From Diadema antillarum (lineage: Eukaryota), in contig NW_027271094.1 in NCBI RefSeq assembly GCF_040938485.1, positions 248,001 through 312,000 of the forward strand: 64,000 nucleotides of DNA, given 5' to 3'. The notes under the pieces are model-generated. The model did not search any database and was not told the origin of the DNA. It saw nothing but the letters and a program-made list of their open reading frames with translations. The position numbers and the translations under genes were made by a program. How positions within the stretch are numbered: the first letter of the stretch is position 1; the number at the start of each line of letters is the position of its first letter. Below are positions 1 through 12,200 of this stretch, one piece after another.

Positions 1-54
1 ATAATTATACATGATATATCGATTGCTCCCTAAATTTCCCCTTTCTTTCCTCAG

Positions 55-124
55 CTCTCTAGAGCGAGACAGAAATCTCGCCCCAGATATTGAAGTAATC
101 AACAAGCTTTTGACGGAAAACAAA
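55..124 (+). CDS. HAL: HAL-b penultimate exon
   Basis: AG at 53-54, GTAAGT at 125; SLERDRNLAPDIEVINKLLTENK. Confidence 0.88.
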
Positions 125-571
125 GTAAGTAATAATCACCTTTGATAAAAAACAAACAAACAAACAAACAAACAAACATTTCGCATCATTTTAAAACAAT
201 TACAAGGGACTGAATTGCCAAATGATAATTAAAACTGCATATCGCAACACAGCGTTATGACGATGTATAAAAGCGCGAGCTTATAGCCACACTTGTCCTG
301 CAAAGAACATCAGGGACAATATATTTGATTTTAACTGTGATCTTATTGTTATTCTCTGTTTTAACGTGTTTCTGGAGGCGAAAACGATTGATGAGATCTT
401 TTTAAAAGGTGTTAACTTTCCCTGTGACAGGTATGGGAAACTGTCATACCGTTCATCGAAAACTACGAATCGAAGATGTCCAAAGATATTGAGGTCCCCT
501 CTCCAACGTCCAACACTTTCAATACCACTGACTGCTCCTTCTCAACAATCGCCAGCATATCAACTGCTTGA
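55..571 (+). CDS. HAL: Histidine ammonia-lyase paralog (HAL-b), last two exons only (55..124, 431..571); gene begins before the window
   Basis: cag|c..aaa|gtaagt 70-nt exon gives SLERDRNLAPDIEVINKLLTENK; cag|gta..tga 141-nt exon gives VWETVIPFIENYESKMSKDIEVPSPTSNTFNTTDCSFSTIASISTA*. Same size and phase as the penultimate exon of the minus-strand HAL (40325..40394), 17/23 aa identical; 17 of first 27 aa identical in the last exon. Confidence 0.88.
431..571 (+). CDS. HAL: HAL-b terminal coding exon
   Basis: AG at 429-430; VWETVIPFIENYESKM..VPSPTS..; TGA 569-571. Confidence 0.85.
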   Translation, partial: VWETVIPFIENYESKMSKDIEVPSPTSNTFNTTDCSFSTIASISTA

Positions 572-1479
572 ACAACACCCGCACACACACAACTCTGGAC
601 GGATTCAGATGTCAACGCGTTCTCTTAAGATTACTTATTCGTTTTAAAATAATGTCGGTGTCTTTTGCTATTGGGGTGCGTATTCTTTATTTGCAAGATG
701 GTAGCTTTGCCTTGTATTCGTGTAAACTTATTTGCGCCTCAAAAAATTGCTTCCAGTTTGTCAAGATGCCTTAAAGAATAATAGTGTTCCATCAGTTGAA
801 AAACGATTTTTTAATACACTACGCTGTTTATAGTTATGTTCTGATTTATTTTTAATACGTTATCTGAAATCTTCACCATCAGTCGAACAATTCAAACACA
901 ATTGGAAGACATGATTATCTATCTGAATTAAAGCCCTTTCACTTATTGGACTAACATATAGTCACTGCCTGGTGGTTTATACAATATTGTATTGACTCCA
1001 ACGTTCAACCATGTAATAAGTGGAAAATGCGCTGTGCTCTTATCAAACGTTAATCATAACTATTATTATATACCATGCCTCATACCACTTGCCGTTTCCT
1101 TAGTGTTGCATTGAATTAACGTTTATAGATAATATAATCCACGACAGATTCATATCGTGTTGTTTTGTCTCTGGATATGATTTGTCCTTTGAGCCACGGT
1201 TATTAAAACTCCCGATCTTAATGACATAATAATTTCTACATCATGATGGGCTGACTTCACGAAAACTTAATGTATTTTGCGGTAATTCTGTGTCAGCGGG
1301 TGAAAATGTCTGACTTCAATGTCATTTATTCACTCGTCGACATGCTATGAGGGTCTAGAAATTGTATATGCCTCATGCCTCGCTATAGGGCTTTCCTGCT
1401 GCGTCCCCATTTTAAAATTTCGAAGTGTTTGTTATTTGTCTTGTTTTATACTCCAGTGAATTACCAAACGTACATGTTA

Positions 1480-1760
1480 TAGGGTGTTTTTCATTATTCT
1501 GAAGGTTCGTTGACCCGAAAATGAAATAAGGTTTGATTATTCCGAAGCTTTGTTATTCCGAAACACGCATATATCCTGTAACTAGATGTTCGTTGGTGCA
1601 AAATATGAAAAATGGTTCGTTAATCTGAACATTAAGTTGCGTTATTCTGAAGATTCGTTAATCCGAAAACGGAAAAAAAGGTAGTTACCAATGACCCTTC
1701 GGAGTTACAAACCTTAAATCTCTCTCGGAATAACGACTTTTTGAAATTACAAATTGTAAC
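1480..1760. repeat. Non-autonomous DNA-element fragment with internal GTTATTCCGAA-type subrepeats
   Basis: Several ttattc(t/c)gaa / gttcgttaatccgaa copies and an inverted tcggaataacga near 1725-1737. Confidence 0.5.
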
Positions 1761-2024
1761 CAACGTTCACAGCACGATTACCGATGTGTGGTAGAAGCCA
1801 TTAGATTTGATTGTCGCTCTGGTTATGAAGGTGCTTGTTTTTTCTTCACTAGCATAATGATAATATCCAACCACCTCGCATAACCACTGCGTTTGTAAAT
1901 TAAATGAAGACATTCGTGATTTTTTTTCCTTCCCAATTTGATTTCACGTCAGTTGACATTGGTTCGTTTTATTTTGTTTTACATCGGTTTGTATTTTAAT
2001 TCATTATTCGCTGTCTTATGTATT

Positions 2025-2285
2025 TTCTGAGGGTCCCCATATCGTACAACCTAATTTGCTTCTTAGTAGGACCCTCCATTTCCATCCCCATCCTTAATAC
2101 CATATGCATGTGTATAATATATTGAAAATGCAATTGTGTTTTCTTCATTCGTTAGGCCCTACTCATTTTCACATTTAGTTTGTTAAATGACGCTTTTTGC
2201 AATTACTGCAAATATCTTCTGCTTACACGTTGTATCTCTGTTTATCTGATGGAAATGAAAATAAATTTGAATCTTGAATCTTGTG
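2025..2285 (+). mobile_element. LINE-type 3' UTR remnant
   Basis: gagggtcc..ggaccctc hairpin, ending ataaatttgaatcttgaatcttg short-repeat tail. Confidence 0.4.
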
Positions 2286-3539
2286 ATCCTGATGTGTTCA
2301 AAATTATGGATGCTTTTTTTGAGGTGGTGCGAGTGAACTAACAGAACTCATGTAAATATGTCTTGTTCAGTACCTTAACTCTTGTGCATTTTGGTCTCAT
2401 AGTTATGTTGAAACCAGTTGGAATAATAGCAGTCATCAAATAGTGTGAGCACGGATAGAGGTTCACAACAAGCTTTCTGCTTCCAAAGGAATATCTTTCA
2501 AGCTGTCGGACAATAAACAGGGGGGGGGGGGGGCGGGGTGATACCGTCAAGCGAGGAAGCCCCCTGAGTCGGCACACGAGGGAATATTTCTAGCCTTTTT
2601 AGTGACGTTTCACGATCTGGGGTGCACACTGCTTTTGGAAATTTTGGACACATCAAAAGTATAAAAATGATCCCGGGACAACGTTAATAGCTAAATCTGT
2701 AACTGCTTGATCTCTCAGTGCGTCTTTCACTGTGCAATAATTAAGTCCATGAAGGTGTACCGAACGGGGAGGGTGTTGTCCCAGAGGGGATATCCCTATC
2801 CCACACGCAGACACGAGTGACACGAGTGAACTTTTGCATTTTTAGAACTGAAATCCAGCGATCTATAGAGTTCACATTTTAGCAGGCACATTTAGAAAAT
2901 TTTGAATTAAAAAAACAAACACACATGGGGTGCCCCACTCCCTTCTACAGAGGAAGCTTTTGTCTTTTTACATTAGAAATTCAACGATCTAGTGCATACT
3001 TTAGGTGGAATATGTTGAAAACTTGAATCTGAACTCTTTTCTGTGCATGTCTATTCCTTGTGTTGGGGGATGTGGGAGGGAGTAAACCCCCCCCCCCCCT
3101 CCCCCCGAGGGAACTGTTGCATTTCTGAAATTGAAATCCAGCGATCTAGTGCACACTTTTTCTCTGAAATAGCTAGGAATTAGCAGGGAAGTGAGGTCTC
3201 ACTTTCCTTTCAGCTGGAATTAGGCATAAAGGGCCTGTAGGATGTAAGGCCAACCAGGGCTTGCTCCAATATAACCATGGGGGTACAAAGACCTTTGTAC
3301 CTCCAGTCATGGTATAACACTATAGGCAAACCAGGAATAATGTGCACGCAATAAAACTGCACTCACATAAACACGCACATTTTTTTTTTTTTATTCTTCA
3401 TTCGAATTTCGTTCAATTTCATATCACAGAATTCACTTTCACAGAAACAAAAACAAAACATGATGCAACTTAAACTGCATTACACTTTAACAATTTTATT
3501 TTTCACAGGGGTCTATGTCCCCTCCCAAACGTCAGGGGT

Positions 3540-3975
3540 GCTGCAGCACCCCTGTGCCCCAGCACGCGAAATCGATCAGCTCAAGGTCCATTGTTGATGA
3601 TTTGGTGCGCTCGGTGATTGGTGCCCGGCAAATACGGAGGCCACTATGCACATAATAGCGCGCGCTACCTGCCTGCGAACCTGTAACATGTTACCTAGTA
3701 CCTTTATAGCACTCACGTCCCACACGTAAAGTCGGTCGTGCCTGCTTGCGTGGATTTCGGTAAAGAGCGACTAAGTTAACGACACTTGAAACTCAAGAGA
3801 CAATAGTTTCAGAAGTCTCAGATTTCGGAACGAATGCCGAATGCGAATGCCGAATCTCGTCTGAGCGAAACCAGTCACTTGATACACGAGTCATTTTCGT
3901 CGCCGCGCTTCGCCTGCCGTACTACTGACTGAGTCGACCTTCACTGCATACGACTACGTAGCAGTGTAGTAAACA
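3540..3975 (+). promoter_or_regulatory. Probable UROC1 promoter / 5' UTR region
   Basis: Locally CpG-rich stretch directly upstream of the ATG in an otherwise CpG-poor window; inverted CCAAT (ATTGG) at 3617-3621. TSS not determined. Confidence 0.4.
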
Positions 3976-4101
3976 ATGGGAAGTTTGAAGGAGCTCTGTG
4001 ATGGGCTGCCCCTCGATCCACTCCCCCGGCCGCGCCCCCGTGACGAAAGCGTAGCCCATGCTCCAGTGCGCAACACGGACCTATCTCCAGCCGAAACACG
4101 T
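3976..4101 (+). CDS. UROC1: UROC1 exon 1
   Basis: MGSLKELCDGLPLDPLPRPRPRDESVAHAPVRNTDLSPAETR, donor GTACGT. Confidence 0.9.
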
Positions 4102-7100
4102 GTACGTGGCAAATATGAACAGGCCTAGAGTCTACTTTATTCTAGTGAGGTACTTTGTACAAGTGAAATACATAGTTATCTGTAGACCAAAGAGGAGCAA
4201 ATTCTTCGATTTCCAGTTAAGTTTTTAACAGTCATGATTCCTACAATAGCAGTCATACAATCGCTTACACGCTTACGGCACTCATTCAGTCAAAAAGCCT
4301 GGAGGAATAAAAGTGATTACATGCCTGGCCATCCATGCAGCTAAATGTGTAGGCGTAGTCTTTAACTTTAACCCTCAGACTCTTTGCAAGTTGCACGATT
4401 GTAAACTGTATCTAGCTTTTGTTGTAGACTCTGCTCGTACAATACTGAGAGAGGCATTCTAATTTCTAGTTCTGTCTAGGCATTGTAAAATTCTACCCCA
4501 TGTAATGTTGCATTCAGAAGCAGCCTATCATATTGATGGGGAAACTTAAAGATAAAAAAAAAATGCGGATCATAACTGCATTCAGCCTCTAATATTAACC
4601 TCTGGATTGTTGAATATTGTCTCTATACTCAAGATGTGACTTTTTACTATGTAAGGTGGTGAACTGGTGGTAGTCCATGTTTGATTTCTCTTGTTTTTTG
4701 TTTTTTTTTTAAATGGCGTGAAAAAAGCTTATCAGATGCGTGTAAGCTACATGTAACCTCTGAGGCAGGAGTGTCATGCCCTGTGCACGAGACTTGGTAG
4801 GTCACTGCATGTAAAGTGGCAAAATTGTGTGGCAGGGCACTATAGGGCACCACTTAGACTTGCACAGTATTCCATATATTCAATAGCATATATGGCATGG
4901 GTTTAGTGAGTGCAGAAATTCAGTGAAACGAGTAGGCCCTATATAATGAGGAATATTGGCCAGTCCGTTTATTGTGCCACCCTCACTAGATGATATGTCA
5001 TAATATTGGACCTATAGTCCTATTCAGAAAAGACAGTTCAGGATATTCATATCATTTCATATCAAAATTTATATTCCTGAAGCTTGGTACTGAGATGTGG
5101 AAATCTTACATGTACAGTATCCAGTCTTCTGGGCGGGGGAGCTTTACTCAACTGCTCCGTTGACTTTGATCTGATATCCTGCAAAATTGATAATGTTTAC
5201 TGGTATAACATAATGTGTACATAATGGACTTAGTGCCATGGTTAGCTGCAGAGTACTAATATACATGTACATGAATTTGCGTGGTGTGATAGTTATTGCT
5301 TTTTGCAAATTTCAAAAGAAATATCATGCAAATGCCTTTGGAAATACAATGTACTGAATTACATATTATGTATGAATAACACGAAAATGCTGTCACTGGT
5401 GAAACTGTAAACAGTTAGGCCTACCTGCCCAGTACAGAATATCAATCAAAGCAAAGCTTTTCACCAATTTCAGTACATGGTACACATCTTCATTACTAAA
5501 TAAATTGTACGAGTAATGAAGTCATAGGAAACTTAGAAAAGATGCCATTATCTAACAACCTGCCTACTGTTACAAGTCAAGTGGTAACACACTCGCATAC
5601 AAGGTGAGGTGCACCAAAGATGTTTTCTTTCTGTAACTTGTTACGGCAGCTGGCTCTACAAAATGCCCTGCGCTACTTCCCATCCAGCCTTCATGAGGAG
5701 TTGGCACCAGAGTTTGCGGAAGAGCTTCGGAACTATGGTCACGTCTACATGTACAGGTTTAGACCCCAGATGGAGATGCGGTAAGTGCCCAAAGTTATAG
5801 AATATGTCAATGGCAATTCGTACACAACAAAAATTAAACACAGAATATGGAGCATGGTAGTAAATGGCAACAATCTCGAACCATTTTAGATTGTACTGGA
5901 AGCTGCAGTGACACTATATCAAGTACAGAAAAAGAAAACTAGCAGGAAAAAGAAAGATGTATTTTCATCTGATTTTATTATGGAAAGTGAAAAAAAGTGA
6001 AGCACAAAAATACTTTGAAACATAGTTTGCCTATTAAAAGAGTCCTGACCTTTTGTTATTGAGAGACTGAACTACATATATCAGCTCTTTTCAGCTCCCA
6101 TGGTTTAGGCTGTAAACATCTGATCAGGTGATTTGAAGTTGTACTACAAGATTGAGGTTGTGTGCAGATTGGCACAAATTCAGTCAGTATGTGCTACAAT
6201 ATTTATTGCTATCATTATTGATATTGTTGTTATCATTATTGTCATTGCAATCTGTATCATTTGTGTGTTTAAAAAAAAGACAAACCACTCTGCCTCACAA
6301 TTATTTCATTCTTCTCACTATTCTTATTATAATTATTTATATTTTCATTGTTATTATTAACAGGATAAAAGATAATGATGAAAATTGTAATAATTGTAAT
6401 AATTATAATCATAATCATAATGACATAATTGTAATAATGATGTTGAAATCCTTATCATCATCACTGTCATTTTCTTCATTATTATCATTATTGATATTAT
6501 GTTGTTGTAACCATACAGGCACAAACTTAACCATATATGCATCTAATATCACTTTCAATTTCCATCCTTCAGGGCCTATCCCATTGATGAATACCCAGCC
6601 AACTCCAGGCAGGCTGCAGCCATTATGCTCATGATCATGAACAATCTGGACCCTCGTGTGGCACAGGTTAATAATGTCTCTTCATAGTCATTCCCTTTCA
6701 GGCAGCCTTCCATTATTTTGGACACACTGCACTTACACTCAGCATTAGCGTTAACTTCATTGTTGTTTAAATCAAATCAATCTGTTCGTTGTATATTCAT
6801 GTACTACTGTATGTAGTGGCACTTTGTGAAAAAATTACACAGAGCCCTACATGTACATGTGCTGGAATTAAGTTAAGATATAAAGCAATATACACTGTAA
6901 AAACATTTGTTATCAGCATTTGATGGGTTGTGTTCACATATTTGTTTAGTAATATTGACACAGGCCACATTTTATGGTCTGTATGTGCATGAGAAAATAA
7001 TGCCTCATCTTATAATATATGTGAGTGTATTTATGTTTTGGCTCTATGTAAAAGAGGAGATCGTGGATATGTACACTGACTGACACTGAAGGATGAACGT

Positions 7101-9205
7101 GAATCCATACCTGCACATGAAACAAAGCAATGACATTGGTAGAATACTGAACTGGTGGCCAAGTAGGATCTTGAATACAGTCTCTTGTGCAATTGGTGTA
7201 CACACTGTATGTTCATGGATTTAAATCATGTTTGATGTAATCATGGTATTGTTCCCTGAAAAGGTGAAACAGAAAAGCGGTACGTGTACCTCCAATGCAT
7301 TTACCATGTACAGTTGTATACATTTACATTAATTTCTTCAAAAGGAAATACACTGAAAGTACATACTGTAGTTTGATGTGCTTGGGAAAACTGTGTTGTG
7401 TACCTGTATGTCATTTTCTAAACAGAGTTGTTAGTTATCATCATAATGGCAATTTTTTAAAAAATGCTTTCTAGTTTCCCCATGAGCTTGTCACCTATGG
7501 CGGAAATGGACAAGTCTTCTCTAACTGGGCCCAGGTGAGTGGTCGTAATGATGATATCATAGAACAGGCAAAATTAAGAAGACAACCCCCCCCCCCCCCC
7601 CAAAAAAAAAAAAAAAAAAAAAAAAGCTGGAATAAAAGTTGAGCTTCACAGGAATAGAATTTTGTGAGAGCAGTACATGTTCACATTTGAAACTTTGTCT
7701 CAAAATATGAAACTGGTAAAGGTGGTGCTTTAATCCTACATTTGGCCTGCTTTTTTTACTTTGTGCCTTGGTGACACTGAGCTAGATGGTTGCCTTCTCA
7801 ATAATATGAACACAAAAGTCATCTCACTAACAAAGTATATAGAATGTAAAGTCAAGGTGAAATATTGACATGTTTTCTTGATGAAAATAAATGTATTATA
7901 CATTTTAGAGAAGTATGCATGTTTGCATTTGAATTGTTATTGCTGTGCAAGTTGTAGAGAAGTTCTCTTGTCTGTGTGATGATCATACAATGTTCAGATG
8001 TCCTATTCATGGTGGCATACAGTACTTTATATTTTACCCCCATTCTGCAGAGTTTTTTTTTCCCTCATCATTTACTCATTGGAAGCAAAATTTGTTGCTC
8101 CTGACCACCAACTGAAGCGGATTGGATCGCAGTCTGATGAATCCAGCTTGTGTTGGTCGACTATCAGGGCAGTGTCAGACATGTCGTGCTCGACCCTCAT
8201 TGGATGGTCTTGCCTCATTGGATCACGCCCGACGTGTCTAACACTTCAGTTGGTGGCCCAAAGCAACAAACTTTGTTTCCAATGAATGACTGGTGAGAAA
8301 AACATTTCCGTGGAACGGGGTATTAGGAAAAACTTTCTTTGCAGTTTGATGCAACAGGTTTCTCTCCAGCACATACTACTGTAAAAGTGGATATTTTCGC
8401 GCGACTAATTTTTCGCGCTTGGCCCAGTAAGAAGAGTTTCACGTGTTTTTAATTCCGCGGAATCAAGACATCACGCACAGGAACATATGGCAAGCAAAAA
8501 TATTCGCGTGCTTTTATTTTTGCGCTAGTTTTTGGTTGCGCGAAATGCGCGAAAATTAAACACCGCGAAAATTTCCACTTTTACAGTATAAGAAAGTATG
8601 GCCTTTAAAGCCTATCTCTTTCTTTGATTGGAATAGTTCTGGCTTGTGATGTACTACCTGGCCCAGATGAGTGAGGAACAGACCTTGGTGATGTACTCTG
8701 GTCATCCATCTGGCCTCTTCCCCAGTCACAGGGAGGCTCCCCGTGTGGTCGTCACCAATGGCATGGTACCCAGTGACTTAATTAACCCTCTCTCTCCTCT
8801 TGTTTATAAACTTGTGTGACACTTTTCTCGTAACATCATACTGTTGCCCTCTTGCTCTGCCAAGTGTTTGATTTGGGTGGGCTGGTGTAGGTATTGTACA
8901 GACAGGCATCATGATGATTTTCTTGTATTGATTTCTGTAGGCAACTGCTGCTTTATTACTCTAGCCAATGTTGTAGAAAGGTTTTTAGCTTGTCTTTAAT
9001 CCTTACATTGTGTATGCAATAATTGGAAATATCTATTTCATATAGCATATTATGATTAGTCAATGACTTTAATTTCTTCTTTCTTTCTTTTCTCTATTTC
9101 TTCCTCTCTTTTATGCTGTATGAGAGATTGTTAATGCCCTGTGAGCACTCAGACTGAGTGGTTAAGGGCATTACAAATACTCTCTATTATTATTATCATT
9201 GTTAA

Positions 9206-9251
<46 letters not shown>

Positions 9252-12200
9252 GTCATCATTATTACCCTTTGTTCTGAAATACTTATGGTATAGGAAGAAT
9301 AAAAGTACTTTACATGTTATATTTTGTAAAATGCAATTGAGTTTGTAATTTGTGTGCCATTGGTATGTGATATTGATTATGTTTTAGGCTAGTGTAATAC
9401 TTAGCTAACTATTTTAGCCAAAATTGATTGATGATTGAAAGATACTGCAACAAACTAGTAATGATGTTGTTTTTTGTGTCTATGTTCACAGATGGTTCCA
9501 AACTACTCAACAAGAGAAAACTACAACCGTCTCTTTGCCATGGGGGTCTCCATGTTAGTAAATTAACTGTCGATTGTACTCAAGTTGATGTGAATGTTCT
9601 GATACTGATTAAAAGAGTTTAGCTACTATGATTATAAGAGAAGAAAGTGATTTGATTAAATATTAAAGTCTATCACGAAGTGATTAGGCTTTTTCTTTTC
9701 CTGGTACACGTCAGCTAAGATTTATTGAATCATTCATCTTGCTGAACCACAAGGTACTGATAGATGTATACATGATGAAATTTAAGTGAGACAATTAATT
9801 GACCGCAAGCATTTCAGTTTTACTAACCCAGGTACATATTGGCTTCACAAACAATAGGCAAGAAATTCAATGGAATATAATATTCTGATTTCGAAGGTTA
9901 TAACTTATCATCTCCTTAATGTTATGGAGATTGTCATAATTCTATTGATTTGTGTAACTGCTGTTATTTTGAACAACTTTTAGATTTATATTTTTCTGGA
10001 AATCTCAGTCATTTGTCAATTGTATTGACAATATTATGCTTCTCTGCATTACTTTTGCTCTACTGTGTGAAGGTATGGGCAGATGACAGCAGGAAGCTAT
10101 TGTTATATTGGACCCCAGGGGATCGTTCATGGGACAACGGTAAGATATGTAGCCAGCATCCTGCTACAGACAGGAAGTGCTGTGATGTCCATCTTTTTGG
10201 CCTTCAGTGCAGTGGTACTCATGTCTTGATTCAATGTATGAAGATTTTCTGTAATAGCTTCAACCTTTATAACCTACCTTTACAGGAACTTGAATTAGTT
10301 CAATTACAGCAATGTTTTATGATGCCATTTTAAAGTAATGAAAGGATATAAGTGGTTTTGTGCTCTTATTATGTAGTCTGCAGATAGGTATTTGATGCAC
10401 AAATGCTAAAAACCTATACTGAAGTGTTCAGATCATCCCTTGCTGGATTGCATTCACTATGTACAAATATAGTATAGTGGGTAAATTATTGCTCTGAAGT
10501 ACAATATTGTATTTCAAACTCTTCAAGATTTGTTTTCAATGTTGCCAGTGTGAAATAATGTTAATCAATGCACTATTGAAGAAACTGGGCTAGTGCTGAC
10601 CTTTTACTTCCTTTTGCAGCTGACAGTCCTCAACGCGGGGCGTAACCACCTTGGCACCAGCGACCTGAGGGGGCGTGTCTTTTTGACCTCAGGCCTTGGG
10701 GGCATGAGTGGTGCCCAGGCCAAGGCAGCGGCGATCTGTGGGTGTGTGGGTGTGGTGGCTGAGGTCAGCAAGGAGGCACTGATGAAGAGACACAAGCAGG
10801 GGTGAGGATTCCATTGACCCTTGACCCTTGACTCTTGACCCTTCCAGCCCTCTTCTTCTTCCCTCTTCCCTATTCCCTCTGTACATTCCTCCTCTTGCAA
10901 CTGATGCTGCACACAGCAGGTCTCCAGTTTCCCTTTTCTCTTCCTTTTTTCTTGTCCTTTTTGTTGCAAAATCTTGTCTTTCAGGAGAAACTTCAGTTTG
11001 GGTTTTAAAAAAAAAAAGTGTAAATATTAGTTTCCTCTCTTTTAAATGCAAAGAAACTTTAGTAGTGACCTTCAGATGGCTGAACACCTTCACGCTTTCC
11101 TACCATTATCTTGTGGATGTGATACAAGTGATGCACATTTATACACCAAAGATGCAATTTTAGGAAGAATCTTGGTTAATCCACTGCATGTATGTTGACT
11201 ATTACCTCCAAGTGTTATGACACCTCTCAATCTTCTAAGGCAGTTGAGATCTCCTGGGATATGCCATTATAGCTCAACTTGTAGGATCTAGACTCTCGAG
11301 CATGAGCTCCCTGGTTCAAGTCCCCTTGCTGTAGCAGTCGTGCCATTAGGCAGGGCACTTTATCCTCATTGCTTAGTTCTTCAAAGAGAACTTTAGAGCT
11401 GTTGGTCCAGAGGTAATTTTGCTCGTAGACATTGCAGCGCTTCCATAATGGCCGTGAAAAATAAACCCAAATTAAATTTGTACCAATGCCTTATTCTTCA
11501 AAACCCAAGTTTTCTTATATTTCTGTCTATTCAAAGTAGAACAGGATTTTGGTACTTTTGAAATACTTTTCCCTTGTGCTGGTTAAACAATCTTTGCTCC
11601 TTCTCAAACAAAACGTGATAATATTCATTATGTCATTTGTTGATGTGAATTGTCCTCTATTATCCACACAGATGGGTCATGGAGGTCATAGATGATGTAG
11701 ATGCACTCATACAAAGAATCAGGTAAGACAGTCATATATTTCTGCTATGCTTTACTCATTTACCTTGGTATGAGTGCTTTAAACTCACTGCATCATCTAC
11801 ACTGTCGGATTTTATTAAGACTGATGTGATGCCTGAGGATAATATAAATTATTTTACCCTCCTGATTCCTTTTCTTGTCATTGTATTCGGCAGACAAGCA
11901 AGACAGGCAAGAGAAGCTGTCAGCATTGGTTACCATGGCAACGTGGTGACTGTATGGTGAGTCCGTTTTCTAGTTGATATATAGCATTATTGAATATGAT
12001 CATGTTTATGATTAGTCTGCTCTATTCAGAGATGTCTGTGACTTTTCCTATCTATCTGATAACCATGAGGATTATGATTTACGTGCATGTCTTAAATGCG
12101 TACTGTATTTGGTGTGACTGTTGATATTTCTTTTACAGACATAAGATACGAGTGACATTCCGGGTCTAGATTGGTGTATGAAACAAGTATGTGAATGAAG

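Noticed and set aside
55-571. Left-edge HAL exons as an assembly duplicate or allele of HAL-a
   Set aside because: Synonymous sites, intron length and C-terminal tail differ far beyond allelic levels.
366-774. ORFs 366..647 and 568..774 as genes
   Set aside because: The first overlaps the real HAL-b terminal exon in a different frame; the second has no recognisable homology and lies in presumed 3' UTR.
6133-6634. 160-aa and 75-aa hydrophobic ORFs
   Set aside because: Products of an ATT/AAT low-complexity tract in UROC1 intron 2; the end overlaps exon 3 out of frame.
10604-11163. Several overlapping 110-134-aa ORFs
   Set aside because: Antisense or intronic shadows of UROC1 exon 8 and a pyrimidine-rich intron start.
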